A DNA stretch of 64,000 nucleotides from the NCBI GenBank assembly GCA_951406725.2, contig OX597815.1:160518001-160582000 (forward strand). The letters are read 5' to 3'. The notes under the pieces are model-generated. The model did not search any database and had not been told where the DNA came from. It saw nothing but the letters and a program-made list of their open reading frames with translations. Both the position numbers and the translations under genes were made by a program. The stretch comes from Octopus vulgaris (taxonomy: Eukaryota). Below, in pieces: positions 41,810-54,439 of the stretch; the stretch's first letter is position 1; every line of letters starts with the position of its first letter.

Positions 41810-41844
<35 letters not shown>

Positions 41845-42057
41845 TCTTTTACTCTTTTACTTGTTTCAGTCATTTGACTGCGGCCATGCTGGAGCACCGC
41901 CTTTAGTTGAGCAAATCAACCCCGGGACTTATTCTTTGTAAGCCCAGTACTTATTCTATCAGTCTCTTTTGCCGAACTGCTAAGTGACGGGGACGCAAAC
42001 ACACCAGCATCGGTTGTCAAGCAATGCTAGGGGGACAAACACAGATACACAAACACC

Positions 42058-42105
<48 letters not shown>

Positions 42106-42276
42106 TACAACAGGCTTCTTTCAGCTTCCGTCTACCAAATCCACTCACAAGGCATTGATCGGCTCGGGGCTATAGCAGAAGACACTTGCCCAAGATGCCA
42201 CGCAGTGGGACTGAACCCAGAACCATGTGGTTGGTTAGCAAGCTACTTACCATACAGCCACTCCTTCTGTGGGGTT

Positions 42277-42350
42277 GTCTTTGTGGGGCAATCGGTTAGT
42301 GCATTCTGCTGTTAACCAAAAGGTTGGTGGTTCGAGTCCACCCAGGGACG
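42277..42350 (+). pseudogene. tRNA-Asn(GTT) pseudogene / SINE head
   Basis: gtctttgtggggcaatcggttagtgcattctgctGTTaaccaaaaggttggtggttcgagtccacccagggacg matches metazoan tRNA-Asn. The anticodon stem is broken by substitutions. Confidence 0.88.
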
Positions 42351-42553
42351 ACAAGTTAAACCTTTTCAGTAGCATCGAACTCCATCCTTCACCAGAAGCC
42401 GCTCCGACAAGGGTGGAAAGTGGAAAGATGATTACAATGGTGGTGCTCCAGCATGGCCACAGTCATTGGACTGAAACATATAAGAGAATATATATATATA
42501 TTGCTGTGACAATGAGAAGAAATAAAGGTGTGATATAAGAGACAAGAGGTATA

Positions 42554-42938
42554 TCTCTCTCTATATAAACGGCAGTTTGTCTGTGCGTGTTTCTGTGTGT
42601 CTGTTTGCTTGTACCCTCACCCTGACCACGGCTTTCAACCGATTCTGATGAAACTTGACACACACATAGCCCAATGTCATAATTCAAAACTAACGCAGCG
42701 AAAATTTTGAAAAGTTCCCCCAGTTCTGAAAAAAATCGATAAATTCGACATGGGGTCGAGAATCAGGAACACAAACCACAAACTGTGTAGGGGACGCAAC
42801 TCCACCTTTTTTAACTATCAAAAAAAAATTTACCATCATTTTTTTCCATTTTTGTGCTATTTTTTGGCTATAACTCTCTAAAAATGCTTTATAGTTATTT
42901 CCCTTACAAACCTGAGCAATGCCGGGCGATACTGCTAG
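42554..42938 (+). mobile_element. Non-autonomous Helitron (copy 2)
   Basis: High identity to 23108-23491, with TC...CTAG termini. Confidence 0.82.
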
Positions 42939-45883
42939 TAAATAATATAGGAGAGTTGGAGAAATGAGATGATATCACAGAGGCAGAAGCAGCAGTCATG
43001 ACAGTATATGCATTCACCCATAGAAATATGTATATGCGTGCACACACACACACACACACACATACACAAATTTAAAAACCATTCTAAAACAGAAAGTAAA
43101 GTAGAAGCGTTGGTGGGATTATGGGGAGTGTTAAGACAGAGAATGGGGAGAGGAGATAAGAGAGCTAGTTCAAGAAGAAGGAGGGGATTAATAATGAGAG
43201 TATTAAGGGAGATGATAGTAAAGATGGAGATTTGAGAGGGGTAGGATAGACAGTAACTGAAGGGTAGTCAGTTGGGCTTGTGTATAGGTGTCAAAGTTCA
43301 GGGATAATAGCTATAGAATTGTTGGAAGAAATAGCAATTATTTGCGGGAGGGAAAGTGTCTAATTGAGTGGCAGAGGGAGATTACTAAGGTAAAACCTGT
43401 CTACATACCTTTTCCCTCAAATAAAATTTCACTTTGTTTTGAAGGTCTGATAAGGCTATAGGGTAATACTCAAGCATTTAACTATAAGTGCATTGCCTCT
43501 TATAGCAGAAACAGCTGTAAGCTAATGAAGTTCATATCATAATTGTTTATTTATTTGTCATTCTAATTTCTCAGCATCCACTACACTCTTGGAGTGGTTG
43601 GCGTTAGGAAGGTCATCAAGCTGTAGAAACTCTGTCAGATCAGATTGGAGTCTGGTGCAGCCATCTGGTTTGCCAGATCTCAGTCAAATCATCTAACCCA
43701 TGCTAGCATGGAAAGCAGACGTTAAACGATGATGATGATGATGCTATTTGTTTCCAGTTCTCTACGTAGACATGTCCAGGCTGTTTGTTGTCTGTATTAT
43801 CTCACTTGGAAGCAAGTAGAGGCTTAGCAACAGGAAGGGTATCTGACCATAGAAAACTCTGTTTCAAAATGCACTTATCTAACCCATGCATGCATGGAAA
43901 AGTAGATGTTAAAACAATGATGATGATAATGATTACATGCATACTTTATTGAATATGCAATCTTGATGTCAAACCATTTTGTTTAACATGTTAATTCTGC
44001 GTTGTTTTTGATACTTTCTTGTGTTTCAACAGGTGAGAGAGGAACAGTTATGCATTCATTTTCCTTAGCTAAGTGATATGGAAAGACTGACTGAATTATC
44101 ATCATCATCATCGTCATTATTATTATTATTGTTGTTATTACTATTATTATTTAATACCTCTCACCATACATTGGTGCTAGTGGATCTATTATGCTTTGTT
44201 AGATTATTAGCTTTGTTGAAGGAATAAACTTAATAGAGAATGAAATTCATTAACAAATTAAAATATGTATTGTAATATTTGGCAGTTCATCTTTTCTCTG
44301 AGAGATCTGGAGTCATTCTATATTATTGATATATCTTTATCTTTGTTACTTGCAGGCATTCAGAGCTCTTTTACTGATACAATTGCTTATTGATTTTGAA
44401 ATGGCTTTGTTTCTCATTAAGTAGAAATAAAGGAATTGATAATATTTGATATTTTCTTTCTATGCCTTACTCATATTTAGCATTATTGAAATTTCTTGTC
44501 ACATCTTGAGATCAGAATTCAGAATGCTTCTTTATCTCATTAATTGACTAACAAATTCACAACTCTTTCCTGATCATGAAATTCAAATGAAAATAATTTT
44601 AAAAATGGCATAATACAATAGTTACTTGCATAAGATAAGTTAATATCCATAAACCAGTTTATAAAATACATAATCATATGTAAATTGTTGCATATTGTTC
44701 ATATTCAGATAGATTTGTTCTCCAGATCTTAGATAACAAAGAACATCATACTATAACCTAAGTATAATGTATGTCCTCTGGGGAGTTGTTTTAATCGATA
44801 ATATACAGAAAACCCTTCGGGAGCAATATCTAAAAAGGGATATCTATAAAGATAGTGTCCTTTATAATTTTAATCAATTCTGTCATGGTACTTCAAACTT
44901 GCAACTTGGAATAGCTCTAGAATGTTGATAAACTATGCAATGCAAAGGTTTGTGTTACTCGAAATTTTATGCAAAGGAGAATTTTGTGAAGAACATCATG
45001 CCATTTTCGATTTGGTATGGAAGCCTTATCAAGGATACCTCTATTTTCTATAAGATTTCTTTCTACTACTTTCCATAAAGTGAAGCAGTATCAATGATTT
45101 CTTTTGACTTTTCATGGGTACAAAAGCAATCTGGTGCATGCTCATGATACAATACAGTTTTTTGTTCCAGTGAAGACTGATTGGCATTTCATGACTACAG
45201 CATACAACAAGAGCAAAAATTTGCTTTTTTCTCTAGAAAATGAACAGGATATGGTCACCAAAATTCTCCATATTCATTTCCCTACATTCTTTTAAATTAC
45301 CTTCATAGTTCTGTGTTGGAATAAATGGCACTTTGCTATTCTGACTATTCAATATAACTATTTCTGCCCTCTGGATATCTAATAGAATTTCATATTTTAA
45401 TATTTTATTTGACTCCAAGAAACTTACACTGAGAAGTAATAAGGCACATATTGTATTCTGTCTTATGATATTCAAAGTTTTAGTAGTTCTACCTCTTCAA
45501 AAGTTACTGCTGGTTCTTAGAAGAAACTTAACTCTCCTTTTTCAGAATATAGTGATTTGATCTACAGTAACTTTTAATACATTTAATGCTAAGGAAGACT
45601 AGGTTGTTCAAGAAATGATGTGATAACATTTTCCAGCTTCTTACAATTTTTGTATCTTCCTAGCTTCTTACCCACTTACTTTCATTTTCAGTATCAGCAC
45701 AGTTCATTTCATAGTCAAATTTTCTAAAGAAAGAAGCACTCACACTTTTTTATAGTCCAAGATTCACTGACAATATCTAATTCATTAACAGTGAGCTCTT
45801 TGATGACTTAACAGTAGAATGTATGAGACGGCAGTGTGATAGTAATGATGAAAACTACGGCTACATTTCAACTGGCTTTCTAT

Positions 45884-46228
45884 TATTATACATCGACCTT
45901 CTATGATACTATTCTGCAACATGCTTGCTGAAGCAGTTAGCATTATGGAATTATTGAAAATATCTATAAATAATTTTTCCTATAATCCAAAAAGATAGCA
46001 AATTCTTCTGATGTACAGAAGCTGTCAATCATTGCATCATGTGTCAACTACCCAGTGGTCGGCCGGAATTGATTATGTGAAATCATTTACATGAAATCTC
46101 AATAGTATTAAATTGCAGGATGTTTTATAACTAAATCTGATGTTAAAGAACGGAAGTGATGTAACAGGATCTATTAAAAAGAAGTCCTCTTTCAGATGCA
46201 TGTTCATGTCATCTATCTAGTTCAATAT
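45884..46228 (+). repeat. Inverted second copy of an internal hAT transposase segment
   Basis: It matches the reverse complement of 47590-48333 once the SINE at 47712-48105 is removed, with scattered mismatches. Confidence 0.88.
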
Positions 46229-46337
46229 ATTTATGTATGTATGTATGTATGTATGTCTGTATGTATGTATGTATGTAAGTATGTATGTATGTATGTATCT
46301 ACCTTCTGTCTGTCTGTCTGTCTGTCCATCTCTCTCT

Positions 46338-46990
46338 CAGTAAATTGTATTATATACATATGAGAGGGATGACCACTATGTGGACAACCCTTATGCTAGA
46401 AGTAGATCCACTATGGTCTTACCACTAAGAAATGTTCTCAAGAAAAATTTAGCAAGCACCAGAACGTAAGTGAGCAAGACAAATGGAAAGTAACAAAAGT
46501 ATAGATTATTCACATACATGTTTCACTATTAACAGATTATGTAATTTTACTTACGCAATTTGTCTGTAGATCTTCAGTGTGACCATCCATTCAAATATAA
46601 TTTGCAGAACTATACATGAGAACGTCTGCATGAAGTTGGATTTTTCTATAGTTCTACCTATTATACTTGTGGTTATTTTTCAAAAGTCCTCGCTTTGGCG
46701 CACTAAATTACTGGAAAATAATACTGCAGAAAATAATTTACTGCAGTGGCTTTTGCCAGTTAGAGAATGTATTAATTTAAATTCGAATTTTAAATGAGGG
46801 TGAGAAATTGGATATTAATTCAATTAACATCTATTTAACACCAGTGGTCAAGCATATTAAAATATGAAGGTTCAGTAAATTGTATTATATACATATGAGA
46901 GGGATGACCACTATGTGGACAACCCTTATGCAAGAAGTAGATCTGCTGTGGTTTTACCACTAAGAAATGTTCTCAAGAAAAATTTAGCAA
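46338..46990 (-). mobile_element. Non-coding HHR-containing element with ~118-bp terminal direct repeats (retrozyme / PLE pLTR-like)
   Basis: cagtaaattgtattatatacatatgagagggatgacc...gaaaaatttagcaa occurs at 46338-46455 and at 46873-46990 with few mismatches. An HHR lies between them, and there is no meaningful ORF. Confidence 0.7.
46510..46582 (-). ncRNA. Type I hammerhead ribozyme (slightly degenerate stem II)
   Basis: Minus strand reads UCACA-CUGAAGA-UCUACAGA...UCUGUUAAUAGU-GAAA-CAU-GUA-UGUGA. It has a perfect 5-bp stem I, palindromic stem III ACAUGU and a GUA triplet. Confidence 0.75.
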
Positions 46991-49322
46991 ATGTACAAAG
47001 ATTGAAAATGATATTTTTGTATTTGTGGTAGAAGGATCTTTTGTTGAGTAAATCAATGGGTTAAGTTGTAGCTCCTCAAATTTGTAATGATGTCTCATAG
47101 TTTTTTCAAGTTGATTCATTCATTTGAAACTGTTTTGCGCAATTTACATCAGCGTCTTTATATTTTGGCAACTGACACATACCCTTGCAGTGTAAAGGTT
47201 TTTTGATACACACTCACATTGACAGAAGAAGGAATAAGTAACAAACATTTCCTTTGCACTTAAGTCTTGTTGAAACACCCAGTACAAGAATCAACAGTGT
47301 CATAAGAATGCAGGTGTCCAAGATAATGATGACATACATGTATCAGAATCATTTATATGGCTTTTATTACTTGACTGACTCCCATGTATGAATTTCTTTT
47401 GCTTTCTGTCATTTACAGACAGCTTAATTTCTCTTTGAAGACTTTTAAGAACATTTGTTGATACTGTCAGCCAAATGTTGAATTGATGTCACCATTTCAG
47501 CAAAGTTTTTTATGAGCATTTTAATGTTGTGCACTTTAAAGTTATCTCTTGTCTGTAGTTCTATGTTGCAAATGTTAATGGAAGCAAGGATATTGAATTA
47601 GATAGATGACATGAGCATGCATCTGAAAAGGACTTTTTTTTAATAGATCCTGTTACATCACTTCTGCTCTTTAACATCAGATTTAGTTATAAAACATCCT
47701 GCTATTTAATACTCTTTTACTCTTTTACTTGTTTCAGTCATTTGACTGTGGCCATGCTGGAGTACCGCCTTTAGTCCTGCAAATCAACCCTAGGACTTAT
47801 TCTTTATAAGCCTAGTACTTATTCTACCGGTCTCTTTTGTTAAACTGCTAAGTTACGGGGATGTAAATACACCAGCATCGGTTGTCCAGCGATGTTGGGA
47901 GGGTGGACAAACACAGACACACAAACACATACATACATATATACGATGGGCTTCTTTCAGTTTCCGTCTACCAAATCCACTCACAAGGCTTTGGTCAGCC
48001 CAAGGCTATAGAAGACACTTGCTGAAGGTGTCATGCAGTGGAACTGAACCCGGAACCATGTGGTTCGTAAGCAAGCTACTTACCACAAAGCCACTCCTAC
48101 ACCTATAAATACAGTTGAGATTTAATGTAAATGATTTCACATGATCAATTCTGGTTGACCATTGGGTAGTTGACACATGAGGCAATGATTGACAGCTTCT
48201 GTACATCAGAAGAATTTGCTATCTTTTTGGATTATAGGAAAAATTATTTATAGACATTTTCAATAATTTCATAATAGTAACTACTTCAGTAAACATGCAG
48301 CAGAATAGTGTCATAGAAATTCAATATATGATATCCACACAGTGAGAAAATAACAAAAGAATTCTCATTAATGTTCTTTGTACTCACTGTAGTTGACTGC
48401 CATATCGACACCATTGTAATATCCTTGACCGGCACAATCTTCCAAGAGAATGCCATTTTTACTCATTGTTCCTTTTACCAGGTTTTCAAATTTAGTTCTT
48501 TTTTCTTCTCAGTAACATTCAAAACATTCAAAGGATAAAAATTTCTCTTGAATCTCAAACTCACAATTTATACTTGGAAAGTAATGTATGATAAATGCAT
48601 TTGTTTGACATATGTGGAATCAGATATTGTATGAACTGCCTTTGATCTTTTAGAAAATGTGCGTTTCAAAATGAAATTGGAGTAGAGTGAAATAAATTCA
48701 TTTTGTGATTTGTCTGATGAATATTTTACTTGCTATCGACTTCCTTTCTTCCTGGCTTTCTTTGACCTTCTTGGCAAGGTCTTAAGTGGAGAATCCCAGT
48801 GAGACAAAAGTTTGACCTGAACAAGTTGGTTCCCACTGTAAAAATTATTTTTTAAATGAAAGATATCCCAAAATAAAATGATGTCAATTTACAGTGTAAA
48901 TTATCAGTTCATTTAGCCTCTTCGGTTAGGATTTATTATTAACAGAAAATGTTCCATACAATTTTTTAACCCATAAGCATTCATATTGTTCTGTCAAATA
49001 TATTACTTATGAAGGGGTGCTGAAAAGTATCTGGCTTTAAGGGTGTCGTGAAAGGCCTGGTTGGAGGCTCAAACTTCTGAGTTCTTTTATAAGGCTTAGA
49101 TAAACTGAAGGACTACTGTAATAAGTGTATGAATCTGAGAGGAGAATATGTTGAATAAAGTTATAGCTAAGTGACCCTTCTGTATTTTCTTATACCCAAA
49201 GTGAGGAACTTTTCAGCACTCCCTCATGTATATATATGTATGTATATATATACGTTTAAATATTTGTTGTGCAAGATTTTTTATTGGCTAAACTGGCAAT
49301 ATGACCATTCCGAAATATAACA

Positions 49323-49385
<63 letters not shown>

Positions 49386-49459
49386 ACAATTTAACAAATA
49401 ATACATATGCATACATACATACATATATGTACATACCTACAACTATATGTATATATACA

Positions 49460-49509
<50 letters not shown>

Positions 49510-49816
49510 TGCAGGACACCACAAATAAACGTAGAACATGAGAAATGAAAACATAAAAACAAACAAGGATACAGACTTTTTTTAACAACGAAAAAACAGA
49601 GTACAAGACAAACAATACAAGGAATATTCCCCTTCATCAGCTGCCCCTGGTTCGACTCAATGTGTGTTTCGAACGTAAGGGCAGAACATGATCTGGCCGA
49701 AGCAGTCATTCCTGCAAAATAAATTAAATAAAATTCTTTTGCAGAGGGGTAAAAAAAAGAAAGGAAAGAAAAAAGTGACAAGAACAGGACGTAAAAGCAT
49801 CCTCCAAGTAAGTTTT

Positions 49817-49858
<42 letters not shown>

Positions 49859-50700
49859 TGGAAGATTGTAGAAAACTCAGACCCCTACATAAATGGGACC
49901 AAACATTGTATATTGTGAATAGCTGAATGGCTAAGGATATCAAAGGACTTCCTTGACCTGGGAAACATCCTTAATCCCAGGATAGAGCACACCCTCGTAT
50001 AAAGTCACATTGTTTTGAATTATTCAAGCATTATCTCATAGTTTCAAGATTTCAGTGATATAATTGCCTATTTTTATTATGTTGGTGTAGGGTAGGTGCG
50101 AAAGGCTGAATCTGGTTAGTTTGAACATAAAACAAGTGGAATATTTTGGGTTGGATATGGCTGGTTTAAATGCTAAAGGGTTAAATGAATTCTTTGATTA
50201 ATCATCTTTGTCCATGGCACATAATTTAATTAATGATGGTTATAGTTCACACTCGGAAAATTTGTCCTATAATTGTTTTCATTCTCCTCTGAGAAACCAT
50301 CCATTCTCAATTGTAAAAGCTGAAGCATTAAGTCTGCTTTGACAAAAAGAAAATATCGACACGGTAAACAAAATATAACTTGTTTTTTGATATTCCACAT
50401 GGACCAATCACTCTCAGATACTTACTTCACTATTGCTTTTTCCTCTATTCAATGATCTGAAATGGAAAAAAATTCTTGCTCACTCTTGCTTGGAGATGTT
50501 TTGTAAAATGGAATATGCTCTTTCTGCACACATTTTCGATATTGTTTTTCTTTTCTTGTGCTTCTTTATATTATTATTTCCAATATCAAATCCATACTGT
50601 GTGCCATTGATATGTTGTTTTTCATAGTTTGGTTTTAAGCTATTGGCATTTGTTCACTTTCAAGTATGCAATAATTGGGCACTGTAAATGGTTCATGATC
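46991..50700 (-). pseudogene. Fragmented hAT transposase fossil (ZMYM1/Tip100-like: TTF zinc finger + DUF4371-type core), interrupted by nested insertions
   Basis: Motifs occur in the expected order on the minus strand: FCLPCRYF (~50360), LLSHWDSPL..KVKESQ..QVKYSSDKSQNEFIS (~48700-48820), LEDCAGQGYYNGVDM (cf. DCRGQGYDNGxNM, ~48400-48450), VIFSLCGYH, FSYNPKR*QIL..STTQWSTRIDHVK, MLMSSI*FNIL, PIDLLNK. There are many stops and frameshifts. Confidence 0.82.
48970..50180 (+). mobile_element. Second piggyBac-like MITE family, split by nested inserts; related copies ~5155-5335 (-) and ~53515-53730 (+)
   Basis: TTAA-ccca(t)aagcatt ... aatgctaaaggg-TTAA ends. The interior resumes at ~50005 after a mariner MITE, microsatellites and other inserts. 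Confidence 0.65.
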
Positions 50701-52461
50701 AACAGTTTCTCTCTGAAGTTTAGATAAAGTCGTTTAGTTTTTCAATTTGTCCTTGAGCAGACGGTTTAACTTCTGCTGATAAATATTCATCACTTGTAAT
50801 TCTCATATTCAGTAATTACCTTTTTTCTTTGTGTTCTCATCTGTCTCTTGTGTTTTATTTCTTTCACTTCATTTTTGAGCTCCAAACTTCTGCTTATACA
50901 TTACACTGACATGATTGAAACATGAAGTTGTTACTGGAAACGATTACATCAATAAAAAATATAAAGATAGTTTATAAACTAGCATTAAATATTAGTTGAC
51001 AATGGGATACACTTTTACAAAGGAACATTATTGAGTTTTCCCAAGAAATCATGATACCCAACCACTAATAGGATGTGCATGAGTGTGTATATAACTGACT
51101 TGCTGTAGAATATGTGAAGGAAGGGAGAGAAAAAGATAGTATATGTTCAATAATAAAACAAATAATTCAAGCAGTATGGTTGGAAGGTATTAAAGCAGGG
51201 GGAGATGGCAACAGAGAGGATAAAAAATAGGCAGAGATAAAAAATATTAGAAGGGAAGTAAAGTATTGGAACATTGATGTTGGTGGTGAGGAAATTCTTA
51301 CATTCTATATCATATGTCTATCTGTATAATACACAACTGACAATGGAAAACCCAATTAGCAATAATGTATACGTGTTTTGTATAAGATACTAATGATTAC
51401 TGACTGATGGATCAATTAATGTGACCAGATTTATGCCACTGCTAGCAGAAAACTGACTGATGTATCACAATGCATAAACTTGACCAGAATAGTGTTAGCC
51501 TTGACTAGTGCTTTGTTTACTTTGTTACTTAGTCAGTTTAGCATAACATATCCTAGGACATAGGATCTCTGTATATATATCAGTGTTGACCATATATCTG
51601 CACATATATGCATAATGAAAATCTAGGTAAGATTTTTGAAGAACACTAATAGTTTCCTGTTCATACAAGTATCTCCTTTCCAGTACCATTGATGTTAACC
51701 CTTTTGTTAACCAACCCAGCTGAAACCGGCTCTGGCTCTAAGTACAAATGTCATGTTTTCATTAGTTTTGAATTAAAATCTTCCACCAAACCTTGGTCAC
51801 AATTTATGTTCCTAACACTAGCTTCATGATAACTAAGTTGTTTTACTAAATTCTTTGTTATATTTAAAGTAATTGAAAGAAATACAAAGCATCTCAAAAT
51901 AAATTCAGTAACAAAAGGGCTACTGACTTAGGCTGATACAGCTTGGCAATAGTGTTGTTAGAGGTATTGCTATGAGACTGCCAAGAGATAGAACAGATAC
52001 TAAAAGGCAGATCATTTGACCACCTAACTTCTCCATTAATTCTCTCTACATTGAACTGGCAATTTTATAATGAACCTAAAAGGATGAATGACAAAGTTAA
52101 CCTTGGCAGGATTTGAACTCAGAATACAGAAAGAACAAATACCTCAAGGTATTTTATCCAATACTCATAATTCTGCCAATTCACCTGGCATCTGGTTTAA
52201 AATTTCAAAACATTTTGAAGCATTATATATGGGCATCCAGATCACTTCCATCATGATTACTCTTACCTAGAGTTAACTTTATAGAGTATATAAAGGCATA
52301 TAGATGTGTGGTAACAAGTTTGCTTCCCAAGCATGGAGTCTTAGGTTCAGTCCCTCTGTGCAGTAGCTTGTGTAAGTATCTTTCTTGTTTTCAATGAGCT
52401 GGAGCTACTGTAGATTTGGCTGATGGGAAAAAAGAAACCAAAAAACAAAGAAGCCCATTTT

Positions 52462-52497
<36 letters not shown>

Positions 52498-54377
52498 TAT
52501 AAATCTATGTGAGTGTGTCTTAGTGCTTGTTTGTCTGTCAGTGTTGCTTTGCTGAATATAGCAGTTCAACAAAAAGTAACTAATGAAATAACTACCACAC
52601 TTAAAAATTCAAGTACTGAGATCGATTTCTTCAACAAAACAACTCTACAAGGCAGTGTCTCATCATGACTGCAGTCCTATGACTAAAACAATCAGAGATA
52701 AATGATGATAACTCACTAATCTACTAGATACAAAGATATAAAATAAATGTCTTTTACTTGAGAAACCAAAGTCATAAAAACAATATAATGTTATTTCAAT
52801 AATATACAATAATAATTTGGAATTATTAATAATAGGCGTAGGAGTGGCTGTGTGGTAAGTAGCTTGCTTACCAACCACATGGTTCCGGGTTCAGTCCCAC
52901 TGCACAACACCTTGGGCAAGTGTCTTCTACTATAGCCTCGGGCCGACCAAAGCCTTGTGAGTGGATTTGGTAGACAGAAACTGAAAGAAGCCTGTTGTAT
53001 ACATGTATATGAGTTTGTGTGTCTGTGTTTGTTCCCCATCGCTTGACAACTGATGCTGGTGTGTTTACATCCTCGTAACTTAGTGGTTCAGCAAAAGAGA
53101 CCAATAGAATAAGTACTAGGCTTACAAAGAATAAGTCCTGGGGTCGATTTGCTCGACTAAAGGCAGTGCTCCAGCATGGCCACAGTCAAATGACAGAAAC
53201 AAGTAAAAGAGTAAAAGAATAATTGATTACCATTAGAAGGAGGGGAAAATATAAATGGAAGAAACGTTTTTAAATTCAAACAAAAAGTAGAAAAATATAT
53301 CTTAATTTGAATAAAATACTTGAAGGGAATCTTCACCCTATCTTCCATCTTTCAGTAAACTCTCTCTCTCCCCTCTATTACTCTGGAAGCAACTGTAGGT
53401 GCTGCAGCAACAGTCCCCAGTCAAAATTTCCCCCTTATGATTTTAATGTGAAACAAAATAAAGAAACTGAATTTAAAGAAATAAGAAATCATAATTTATT
53501 TTGAAAAATAAATTCAACCATGAAGATTATTCTGTTAAATGTGATGCTTATCAATTCAAATTGTTTTGAATTAATTCTGAAATATCTTGCAGCTTCAAGA
53601 TTTTGATGCTGTGGTAGTTTATTTTTAGAATGACAGTATAGAATAGGTGTGAAGAACCAGATTTGGTCAGTCTGAACATAACACAGGATATTTTGGCCAG
53701 ATATGGCTGGTTTAAATTTTTAGTGGTTAAGGAAGCAAAGAGAATTTAGTGAATTTTTTGATAGCCATGATATAAACTCTCAGGCTCAAGAACAGTGGGT
53801 GCAGAGGGTTCAAGAGCACCCTCTTAAATTTTTGGATGGGTGGGTGCAAGCATGGCTATGTAACTTTTTATGGTACTCTCGATATTTTCCTTCTGAACAG
53901 ATACAACTTTCACCACTAATTAGCCCTCGCCAACTTTTGTGCTTTGTTAGATAGGGCCTATCAATATCACTCTTGGTCTGAAATGTTCCATATATTGTGA
54001 GCAGTTTTTTCGATTTTCAATCTAGCCTCTGTGACTCCTCATTCCTTTAACTGGCGCCAATCTAAATCTTTGGAGATACTCTTGCATAAAGCTTTTTTAA
54101 ATTTCTTTTGCCATTACTACATTCACTTCCAATATTTTTTTTATTCATTTGTTATTCATCGTTTAATGTCCACTTTCCATGCTAGCATAGGTTGGATGAT
54201 TTGACTGAGGACTGGCGAACCAGATGGCTGCACCAGGCTCCAATCCTGATCTGGCAGAGTTTCTACAGCTGGATGCCCTTTCTAACGCCAACCACTCTGA
54301 GAGTGTAGTAAGTGCTTTTTATGTACCACCGGCACAGGAGCCAGTCAGGCGGTACTGGCAACAACCTCACTTGAATC

Positions 54378-54439
<62 letters not shown>

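Noticed and set aside
42277-42350. Functional tRNA-Asn gene
   Set aside because: Two mismatches in the anticodon stem and D-stem changes point to a pseudogene.
44500-45880. Repeat-poor stretch that looks like decayed coding sequence
   Set aside because: The frames I translated have frequent stops and no assignable motif; it needs BLASTX.
45884-48333. Long TIRs of a fold-back transposon
   Set aside because: The arms translate to internal hAT transposase sequence and have no terminal motif or TSD.
49615-49685. Permuted hammerhead (GAAAC...GUC...CUGAUGA on the minus strand)
   Set aside because: The core words are present, but stems I and II cannot be paired convincingly.
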